A stretch of DNA of 64,000 nucleotides from Dicyema japonicum (Eukaryota > Animalia > Dicyemida). The DNA lies in NCBI GenBank assembly GCA_011109175.1, contig RDEW01000004.1, positions 1,788,422-1,852,421 on the forward strand. The letters are read 5' to 3'. This document shows positions 51,940 to 62,152 of the stretch, piece after piece. The notes under the pieces were generated by a model, which worked only from the letters and a program-made list of their open reading frames with translations, had not been told where the DNA came from and made no database searches. Within the stretch, counting starts at the first letter, position 1. Each line of letters starts with the position of its first letter. The position numbers and the translations under genes are program-made.

Positions 51940-52450
51940 GTCTGGTTTATGCTAGTGAGGACTACGCATATGCCTTCTTTCGAAGCCGATTCCTATACCT
52001 GGTTTTCGAATCTGGGAGATGTGACATTGTACCTTTGCATAAATAAGTTGTCATTTTTGTATGAGTATGTGCAGACATGGTATAAATGCACAGGTCTAAA
52101 ATCTCAGCACCATATATACCTCCTTTACCTCACATCAATGCAGAAATTCAGATCAATAGACATGTTCTGAGTGTTTTGTGAAATGATTTTCTGTTTAGCC
52201 ACAAATTGTTGTTATTAATCCAGAAATATTTCTTGGATTCTAAAAAACAGAAAATAACTACTTCTTGAAGTATACAAAATATTTGTTACAATCAAATCAC
52301 TTTCGTAAAGAGACTCAGTTTTCCTTATGTCTTTCCAGCTGATTGAACAATTCCTTGTTTTATCTTCGATAATTCTACAGAAACAGAGTTCATCCAGAAT
52401 CAGCATAAGAGAAAAAAGACTCTATACTTGCTTGTGTGGAAACCCCTCCA
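51940..52450 (-). pseudogene. hAT (Charlie-like) transposase C-terminal remnant
   Basis: TTYLCKGTMSHLPDSKTRYRNRL matches the hAT dimerisation motif F.TTYLCE.GFS.L..KTKYRNRL. Confidence 0.7.
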
Positions 52451-52535
52451 GTGAATGGGGAAGAGCAAACGATCCTTTTTCGTGCAGGCCTCGCACTGGG
52501 CGCCACCTAGACAGGTGGATCACATGACGCCACTC
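52435..52535 (+). repeat. Dispersed structured-motif repeat, copy D
   Basis: gatcc-ttttt-cgtgc-aggcctc-gcac-tgggcg-ccacct-agac-aggtgg-atcacatgacgcca. Confidence 0.75.
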
Positions 52536-53071
52536 TAATAGCGAAAAAGAAAGGGGGTGTCTTCTTCATTTCAGATTCGAAGAATCGCTTTGGTCAGATT
52601 CTTATGTCAAATTGGATTTACTAGATATCCAATGAATCTCAATGCATGAAACATCAAAAGCCTGTTCGTCCGAATGTAAATCTCACACTTGAACAGTTTT
52701 TGTTAAACGAAAAATTTATGCCGCTACTTTTTAGATTTCGCCACTGCAATGTTTCAAGAATAAGTATTCGTGCATTCTATGAGGTAATTTTATCTTTGCA
52801 TATGAATTTAAAGAGGTTCCTCTATCGAACGATCATTATTTAGAAAAGTTCAAAATATGGCTTGTGATATCATGCTCCACCAATTTTCTCAGTTCTTTCC
52901 TCCCTAATTTGCATCAGTGAACACTCGACAAACTAGATCGTCGATTCTTCTATATTTATTTACCCCCTGGGCTCTTCAAGTCAAGAAAACAGGTGGCTAA
53001 CAGGAAAATAACTATCAATGACATGCGCTCACAGAGATCAGTCTTCAATGCGAGAACCCATCCATTTGAAT

Positions 53072-53176
53072 AACGATTAGTTAAAATTAACTGTTCTTTA
53101 CTTAAATAAAGTGTGTGTCCTACTATGCGGAGCTATAAATATTATGGCTCTCGTGAAAAGGCTTTATTATTATTAT
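53072..53176 (+). mobile_element. SINE tail fragment
   Basis: Nearly identical to 45300-45401. Confidence 0.85.
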
Positions 53177-53720
53177 TTTAGTTGCCGCTCTCACCGCGTG
53201 GCTGTTTCCTCTCAGAATGCAGCGAAATTCGCTCAAACAGCCAGCGGCGTTCGTGGAGATCTCCAGTGCATGAGGTTTTCTGGTTTCCAAGACGTCCAAT
53301 AAACTCGAGTGTAGAGGGGGAGCATGATCCGGAAGTCTCCATAGCAAGGGGAACAAATTTGACATTATCGGGAAGGTCGACGTACTTTTTCGAGTTCAGC
53401 CTTCTCCGCCTTGACGGCTGCAGAGCAGGCCCTGAAGCACACTAGTGAAGATTGTTCGGGACGAACGTGTCTGTACATGTCACGTCCCAAACAAGTGGTT
53501 TCCCGGCCTCAAAAAAATATGGTCATCCCGTCCGGTCGTTTCCCGTCACTACTGCATAACTTGACCGGTTCAAGAATGGCCGAGTCTCCAGGAGCATCCA
53601 TAGCCCGCTTGACATTCTCATTCAGAGCCTTGTGCCTTGGAGATCTGCCATCGCTCCTTTTGCAGGCGAGAGGGTGCATGCCATAGCAGTCTATCAGGAT
53701 GGAAATTAGCTTACAAATAT
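53177..53720 (-). mobile_element. CRE-clade retrotransposon 3' fragment
   Basis: DCYGMHPLACKRSDGRSPRHKALN..LEPVKL..KRPDGMTIF and ILRGNSHAVRAAT. Confidence 0.85.
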
Positions 53721-56700
53721 AATCTGATGTTGCTGACCAAATTCGGAATTTATCAGAAGGTGTGCTTGCTGTAGTATTGATTTTTATCTCTAAACGATAT
53801 TTTCTACAGGTGAGGGGTAAAATGATCTTTCTGCTATCAAAAAAAGGTGAGGGAGCATGAGGGTTCACTCCCCCTGTTAGAAGAGGTAGGAATCAATAAT
53901 TTAAATGGTAATTCAATGAGATGAAATGTATGAGTCATAATTATAACATATTAAATTTTGGAGATGGAAACGTCTCCCGTTATGATCTTTTTCTACCATT
54001 CCCAATAATCCGTTAAATATCCGGTCGTCTCCAACCTTTGAACTCTTTTCAAATTTTCCGAGTTCTTCGTCAGGACAACCTAAAGAACAATTAGAAAAGG
54101 TCGATGGTCCTTCATATCCAATTAACTAATACCTCAGAGTACTGAATATAAATGTATCCATTACCCACGGTTGCAGAAGCAGAGACCATCCAATATCAGA
54201 CACAAGTCCATACAGATTCGGAAGGAAGGGAAGAATACATTTAGTCTTTTCAGTTTTGGGAGCACATCCAGTGTAGCAGGGGAGAGCGAATAATCCTTTT
54301 CGTGCACCCAAGGCACAATCACCGGCTGAGAGAAGAGAAGGAACAAAGGCTATGATTGTTAATCAACGAATGAAGCGAAGATATTCCACAATGGTGGACA
54401 TCCATTTCCATTCCAATATATGTCTGAAGAGCCTCCATCTCAAATCAGTTATCTCGGACCGGGGATCAACATCATATAAAGCTTCCTCGTCATTTTCTTT
54501 GGCCAATTCAGTCCAGCAATGTCCTGAGCTCCCTTCGATTAAATGAGTTTATCTAGACTTGATTATCCTCGGACATCCCCCACGTTGACAAATTGTACAA
54601 TAAAACTGGTTAAAAAGTGTCATATACCCTTAGCCGGAATAATCACTTGATTGTGTTCTGTCAGTTCTTTTTAGTTTGTTTAGAGCAGCTGTTCGAGGTA
54701 ACAATCTCCTCACTGTCTCCATGTAAGGACCCAAACTTATTGGCCATGTTCCATAGCTTATCCAATCTTCTTTGCATCCTTTTGATGAAATGAAATTATT
54801 CCAAAAACCACTAAAATTGAGATTATAAAACGAAATTAAGACATGATCAGATAGTTCTGTAATTGATTAGTGGAAGGTTGAGCCGTGATATAGCTCTAGT
54901 GCAATACAAAATATCTTTATCTCCTCTAGTGGGTATAATCTCTCGCCCATCTTCTTAATGTACTCAGAAGACATCGAATACGCGAACTCTAGGAAATATG
55001 AATGCGTCGGATGCAGTAATGTCTGAGCTCGAATCCCCATGGTCCAAATTGAAGAGAAATTGGACGAGAACGTTTTTCGCAAACCTCTTATGAAAATGCA
55101 CATTTTAATCAAAATTAATATTAATGATGAATAAAATAAAAATTTATTATTTAAATTATTAAAATAATATTCGGCGGGTTAAAAACTGTTTTCTGTAGTG
55201 CTTATTGTGATAGTTTATAACAAATGGCGAACAAACCAAAACAAGTAAGAGCGACAAAACTACAATTGACCATGAGGGCATAAAAGTCACAGATGCGGTT
55301 GAGGCTTTGGAGTACACTGAGAAGCCAGACTATGATGTATCGAGTGATTCTGACGAGATGACGTCTAAGACTTCAAAGGTGCTTGTGTGTCAGTGTTGGA
55401 GGCTGTAAAACCTCTTCGATCGAGTTCTAAGCTGAAAATGGTGGAGGAGTCCCAAGACACGGAGGGTGACATGACACTTGCGACTGAGTCTATAAATACG
55501 GCGGATTACTTTGATGAGCATCCTTCTGCTGACATCAGTTGATTGCTATATATATTTTAGAGAAGGGGACACGTGTTTACAACAGACTTCCGTATTACAT
55601 GAAGCGTAATGTTCAAATTCAGGTTAATACTGAGGCTCTAAAGAAAAACATATGATTATTTTCCTTACCTATTCGAGTTGTTTTTTATGTTGATTGTGTA
55701 TAAGCTGTTATTTTTGTCCTAGTTTAATATGGGGTGGTAAGTGTTCACTGGCTTTATTAGTTGGAGGCTAGGCTTTTGGTATTTGTTCACGAGGTTTATT
55801 CAATGTGGATGTCTGGAAGGTGAGTTAGTTTGGTGGAAATATACCGTCATTTTTGGTTGTAGAAATTTTTTGACCTTCGTTTCTTGATATGCTAACTTTT
55901 GAGGAAGATGCAAGAGATACAATTTGATGAGTTAAAGATATGATGTTTTTATTGACGGTCTGCATTGCATGCAGTCTGGCGAGAAAGACGGAAGATGTTT
56001 CTACGCAGTGATTTAGAGCATTATGGGTCGGATTGGTTATTCATTTCTCAAAAGTGACTATTAATAAAATTCATTGATCTGTACCAAACTAATGTTAATC
56101 GGGACAAATTTATTATTGATCTGTACAATTCTAGTACTTGTTTTGTCCACAGAAAAATCTTCCTATACAATTTTTACCACCAAAAGGAGACATAAAGATA
56201 CGTTAGAACTCGTAGATATTATTCCAATGAAAACACATCCAATAACTATCAAAGTCGAGTGATGTTCTCAGGTGAATGTATTGAATAAGGGCCATTTGGT
56301 ATGCAAATCGGAGGATCAATCGATTTGGAGTGATTTCATTGATAATCAACAAAGGATTATGTAATCAGGGATTGATTTCAATTGTACCTACGAGAGAGAG
56401 ATTTATAGGAGCGACTTCAATACGAAGACAGCCCGAAGGTCCACGGTCACATAAATAGAGATACCCACGCACTATTGCTTCCAGAATTAACAAAAAAATA
56501 AAACATCAAGTCCTTGCAGTTGTGGGTATTCCTCCGATGGAATGGGGGAGAGCAAATGATCCGTCATCTTTGCAGCCTGGAGACCATTGTAAAAACCAAA
56601 CTAACTATCACGAAATCCCGATGGGTTGCATCAAAGTCCTCATCTTGGTCTAGTGTTCCTTTCTCTAACCCACAAACAATTAACGTAGGTGCATCCTCAC

Positions 56701-57821
56701 ACTAGACACTTTCAGTCTTATCTATATTACAAATATTCTAAAAGAAGTGATAAGACAATTCTCGCTCATTGACTGAAGAAAAGTTATTCTACGTGGTCTT
56801 CAAAAATCTTCTTTGAACTCATCGGTACTAGTACGGAACACTTACTTCCATTCTACAAAACATGGTGGAGATGATAAATTGATGAGCTATGTGATAAAGG
56901 AAATGACTATAGGGGAGAGAGACCACGTGTGCACAGTCTGGGATGAAGTAAATGTAAGTTTTGGGTTCATGCTTTAGTCTCTCTTGAGTAAGAATCATTT
57001 TCCGTTAAATTTATGATTTTCTGTCGTAAGACAATGACTAAATATTTGCGGTTTCGTTCTGAATTTCTCCGTTTCTTACTTCAAAGTTAAAGATATGCGG
57101 AAAAGTCGATAAGATCGACAAAGAGGCACTAAAGGATGTCGAACTTGTCGCCGATAAGGAATCGACAATTATTGTGAATCTTTTGAATGTGAAGAAAAGA
57201 ATTTCAAACTAGGTAACTTCTGAGTTCAATTCTCGCTCAAAAAATTAGGACATCTGTCATAAGTAGAGAAGAGGAAGGGGAAATTGACTGTCTTATTATT
57301 GCCCCTAGCAAATTCCATCCATCTCATCGACAAAGCAGTGATCACGACTATCCTAAAAGAACTATAGAGTGACTGAATAGTGGATCACTAAAAAGAAACG
57401 AATGTCGCCATACACTCTGTAAACCCTAATTCTTCTAAGCAGTGCTATGTGCACGTTACATCCTAACCGAACAGTTCTCCCACCATCACGCGTTTGTGTG
57501 ACATCAGGGAGATAACACCAAGCCAAGTTAAGAGCACTGCTGGGACATATCGAGATCGCCTAGTTAACTAGTTATAGTTTTGTGGTCTTGGCTTATGTCA
57601 ACTTTCCAATACGTCCTATACAGTGGAAGCTTGATAGAGGAAACCAGAAAAGGGAATAGATTTGGAACAAGAGCCTAGACAATATATGAGACTACATTAG
57701 CCATACCTCTTTCGACCAGTTCTGCAAACTAGTCGATTTATAATAATTCAATATCTTTTCCTAGTGATTGAGGATGGCTGCATTAAATGTGCTCTAATAG
57801 ACGAGATGTAATAATCGAGGG

Positions 57822-58025
57822 AGGATCAAGGAATGCTCTTCACTTCTCTTTCTAGGGTGTATACCCTTTATAGACCACCTGGTTCCGCAGTGAAGTTCAC
57901 TGATGAAGGCGCCGCTCGTCAAGCCAAAGAATATTGATGTGTGGAACCTTCAACCGAAATGTGCAGTATCGGGATTTGAACTAGTGATCTTAAGAACTCT
58001 TGCCCGACAACCATCACACTGCGAA
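57822..58025 (-). mobile_element. SINE copy (head and body)
   Basis: Minus strand gatggttgtcgggc..tagttcaaatccc..gaaggttccac..ttgacgagc..catcagtgaacttcactgcggaac, homologous to 45101-45290. Confidence 0.7.
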
Positions 58026-58078
58026 GATATATTATTTAATTATTTAAAATAATTTAAGTACAGTAAAGTCCCTTAAAT

Positions 58079-59110
58079 CATTGAGGAAGATATTATCTCT
58101 GATAACCCTTAGTCGGATGTCTTCTGAAGTTTATAAATTTTTGTCGCCGGGACAGAGTGGGTTCAGAAAGGAACGCTCGACCGCAGATGCTGTTTGGTCC
58201 CACAGGTGGATATGTGCCATGTGTCAACGATACAAAAGTGATTTTAAGATTTTGGGAGTGGACATGTCCAGTGCGTTTGACACTGTCAACAGAAAAACAT
58301 TGTTGGACGTTGCTGGGAATTTTCTTGATGAGGATAACACAAGACTTGTCCTGGAGAACTTAAGAATTGGTCTCTGCGAGTTAATTAGGAAAAGACTGAA
58401 CACTTAAGAATGACAAGGGAATCAAAATATATTGATGAAAATCGGAGGAAAAAAAGGAAATTGGGATCCTTAGTTATAATAGTGAGGACATGATGTATAG
58501 AAGAGTTTTAGCCACTGCCATGTATAAGAAAATGCAGAAGATATGGAGTCGACGAAAACTAATAAAAACAAATCTAAGAATAAGACTATACAACGCATAT
58601 ATAAAACCGGTGCTTATGTACAACTCGGGTACATTGGGGTCACAGAGCTAGAGCTCAAGAAAATGGATATATTTCATCGCAAACAATTACGCAATTTAAT
58701 GGGCCTAGGTTGGCCCAAGAATATTTCAAACAAGAAACTATACTCTGTGGCACAATCGAGGCCAATAAGCATCGACATTATTGAATCAAGGTGGAGATTG
58801 TTCGGGCACGTGCTCGGAATAGACATAAACGCCCCTGCAAATATAATAATGGACAATTACTTTAACAATGAGAACAAACCATCATTCAGAGGAAGACCCA
58901 GAGTCACTCTACCCGTGGCTCTGAACAAGGATCTTAATGGGATTAGAAGAAATCTTAAATCTGCAGAAGACCTAGAAGATCTAAGGACAGATGCGCAAAG
59001 CAGAGGGCGATGGAGACGCCTAGTGAAGCAGATTGTGGAACGTGTGGCACAAACGGGACCTTAGTTAATATAACGTTCTTTGGTTCTGTGAAAGTGCTCT
59101 TTAATAATTA
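58079..59110 (+). mobile_element. RTE-clade LINE, 5'-truncated and internally deleted, with 15-bp TSD
   Basis: ORF 58081-58407 (QSGFRKERSTAD, VDMSSAFDTV) and ORF 58543-59064 (RWRLFGHVL, RGRPRVTL); TSD taaagtcccttaaat at 58064-58078 and 59111-59125. Confidence 0.9.
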
Positions 59111-59199
59111 TAAAGTCCCTTAAATTGACCCAAAATTGTTCCTGGACTATTTGTGACCAATTTGGGAATTTGAAACATCTGGGTACTTTTATTTAATTT

Positions 59200-61160
59200 T
59201 AATTTAAAAATCAAGAATCACTGACAAAACAAAGTCAGATGATCCCGGCCCCTTGAGCAGCCGCCTCATCTTTCCTCGGTGTTCTTCCCGAGTGCCGACA
59301 CACTTTTTCTATGGACGAATCACTTATCGGAAGTTTAGGGGTTTTGGCTAAGCTCCCGTTCTCCCCACAAGTTGCGGGGTTGGTTTTAATGATGAGGAGG
59401 ATTTTTGTAGGGTTTTCGTTACTGTCTCTTGAAAGGAGTTTAATTTCTTTAGGTTGGTGTGGGATATGTTAGTACCCCATGCCGCGCAGCAGTAACTGAT
59501 TGACGGAAGTATTTATTAGTAGTAGAGATGATCTACTGTTGGGTGGAAACATCTTTTGTAATATCCAAGTAACGTTTTTACAAAGTTTGGTTTTCGCTGG
59601 GAAGAGGAGACGATGTTGCGCACATATTTGCTGAAGGTCATTAGTGGGTCATATGTGACCCCCAGTATTTTGGTTGAATTTTTGAAGGGGATTGTTATCC
59701 CAGATAGGGTCAATGAAGGTGCCGAGTTGTCAATCTTCTATTGGAAGTAAAAATCATGGAGCACAACTTTTTAGGACTTGTGTGTTATCGGTTACTAATA
59801 AGCCAACAGTTCAGGTTGTCCTGTAATATTTGTAAACGGGTACCCACTGTGTGGATACATTGGTCTCTTGTTGTCAGGATTAAGTCGTCAGCATAAGCAA
59901 GGAATAAAGTATCGTTGCTGCTGTGGGAAGGCATGTCGCTTACAATGAAGTTGAAGAGAATCGGTGAGAAAGGGGATCCTTGCGGTACCGGAGGTAAGGT
60001 TTAATCGGATACGTGCGGGAGGTAAGGTTTAATCGCAATCCCACATTGAGGATGATCGCGTCGAACGGTTCTTGGGGAAATAAATCTTCATTGCAAAATC
60101 ACTTCAGGCAAAGTGAGTTGGGAGAAGCTAGTAGATATAATTGTTTCAAGTACTGCATGTGGTGAATATTAAAATATTGAGGAAGCGAGTCGGAGACAAC
60201 CTTCAATAGAGATCCCAGTAAGATCCTATCACAAATCCGCTGGGCAATTTCCGCTACAAGGATGAATCTGAGTTTTTTGATCTTGGCTACTGCCTCAGAC
60301 TCATTGACTCCCTGGGGTGCCCGCCAGTCTCTAGGTTTGATAACCTGTCTCTTCGAGTATGATTTAACGGGGTCTTTCCCAAATATAATTACAAACATTT
60401 CACCAAATAACTTAGCTTTTGAAATGAAGATATCTTCAGTAATAAAACTATTAAATGCATCCTTGCAATCAACAAGTGAATAATCAAGTTGATGATGTTT
60501 ACCACTGTCACTTGTTAATCATAATTTTAGTGAACAGTTTCCTCCGTATTGAGTCAAAAGCCTTCTGTATGTCAATGGAACACATAATGGTCTTTTGATG
60601 TAGAGGTTTACGTTGTAGGCCTTCTTTGATAACTTATGTCAGGCAGGTAAGGTGGGTAGTTGTGGAACGAGCCTTCTTAAATCCATATTGGAAGGATAAG
60701 TCTGGGAGGTAAGGTTTAATCTGATTGAGAATGAGTTTATCAAGGATTTTGGAGGTGGCACACAGGAGGGATATTGGTCTGTGCGAAGCTGATAAGTCCT
60801 TCGACAGTCCAGATTTTGGTAAAATTTTTAGTTTGAAATTTNCTCTCCTGTCAACTTTGACCGAAGAAAATCCTTTAATTCATCCATCTCTATCCATGTC
60901 GGAACATTTTTTAGAATTATAGTCGAAGGAGGCAGTTTTACTTCCTCCATCTCATGTCCACCCAATCCAAAAGGATTACTATCATTCATTGACTTTTTGA
61001 AATCTTCAAGGTCTTCCAAGTTCTTAAACTGCAGGATAAAATCGCCAGTATGTCGACGAGAAATCCTAGCTCTTCTGGCTGATTCCATCCCATCAAAGAT
61101 GTTAACAATAGTTAAATTCCCATGTTTAGAATTAATAATTAACCTGACAGAGAACATTGT
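59200..61160 (-). mobile_element. Rearranged Jockey/I-like LINE (ORF1 fragment, RT, 3' end)
   Basis: ORF1-like 60828-61157; RPISLLCATSKILDK..QYGFKK; SIDIQKAFDSI; PQGSPFSPILFN..AYADDL; KILGVTYDPLMTF. Confidence 0.8.
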
Positions 61161-61366
61161 AGTCTAGGCAAAGCTAACGGAGCAAATCCTAACAGATAAC
61201 AGATAACATGATTTATTCGCAAAACCCCAACTAACTAAACAAGGTAAGAGCCATTAACTAAAGAGGAAAGCCAAGATTTGGGGTCGTCTATATCGGGGCA
61301 CTCTCATGAGACACCGTATGTCTCTTCTCCGTAAAAAGCCCCAATTACAATGCGAGTTTCCACAAG

Positions 61367-61406
61367 NNNNNNNNNNNNNNNNNNNNNNNNNNNNNNNNNN
61401 NNNNNN
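61367..61406. other. Assembly gap
   Basis: Run of 40 N. Confidence 1.
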
Positions 61407-61597
61407 TCCGAAAATATTTAGGTAATGCCATATTATTGAGATATTTATATCTTATAACATTAAACTGATAAGGTTGAATTAAGTAATTCAAATTAAGAAT
61501 AAAATTTAAAATATAAAAGAAAGGATTAAAATATGTGATAAAAATTACAAATAACTCAAATATCGATGATTCAAAGGTTTTCGAAGAAGATATAATT

Positions 61598-62152
61598 CTT
61601 TTCTTGCTTAATCGCTTTATTGACTCAAAATAAAATTTTTAAATTTTTAAAAAGAAATTAAAAATATTAAAAAAAATATTATATAACATTCAAATTACCA
61701 TTTTCACGCTAATCGCTTTATTGACTAAAAAAATTTTTTGTTTTTTGAGTGAACAAGGGACCGATCCTTCGACCTCTTCTATTTTCGACCCTTTTCTCGT
61801 TTAATCGCTTTATTGACTCAAAATAAAATTTTTTGTTTTTTGAGTGAACAAGAGACCAATCCTTCGACCTCTTCTATTTTCGACCCTTTTCTCGTTTAAT
61901 CGCTTTATTGACTCAAAATAAAATTTTTTGTTTTTTGAGTGACAAGGGACCGATCCTTCGACCTCTTCTATTTTCGACCCTTTTCTTGCTTAATCGCTTT
62001 ATTGACTCAAAATAAAATTTTTTGTTTTTTGAGTGAACAAGGGACCGATCCTTCGACCTCTTCTATTTTCGACCCTTTTCTTGCTTAATCGCTTTATTGA
62101 CTCAAAATAAATTTTTTTGTTTTTTGAGGGAACAAGGGACAGATCTTTCGAA
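61598..62152. repeat. Tandem repeat, about 95-bp unit, about 4.5 copies plus a partial upstream unit
   Basis: Unit ttaatcgctttattgactcaaaataaaattttttgttttttgagtgaacaagggaccgatccttcgacctcttctattttcgacccttttct(c/t)g; unit starts near 61709, 61801, 61896, 61990 and 62085. Confidence 0.95.

Noticed and set aside
61200-61366. HDV-like ribozyme at the 5' end of the minus-strand LINE
   Set aside because: ggggc/gcccc and gagaca/tgtctc stems exist, but P3/L3, P1.1 and a clean P2 cannot be assigned, and the region is cut off by the gap.
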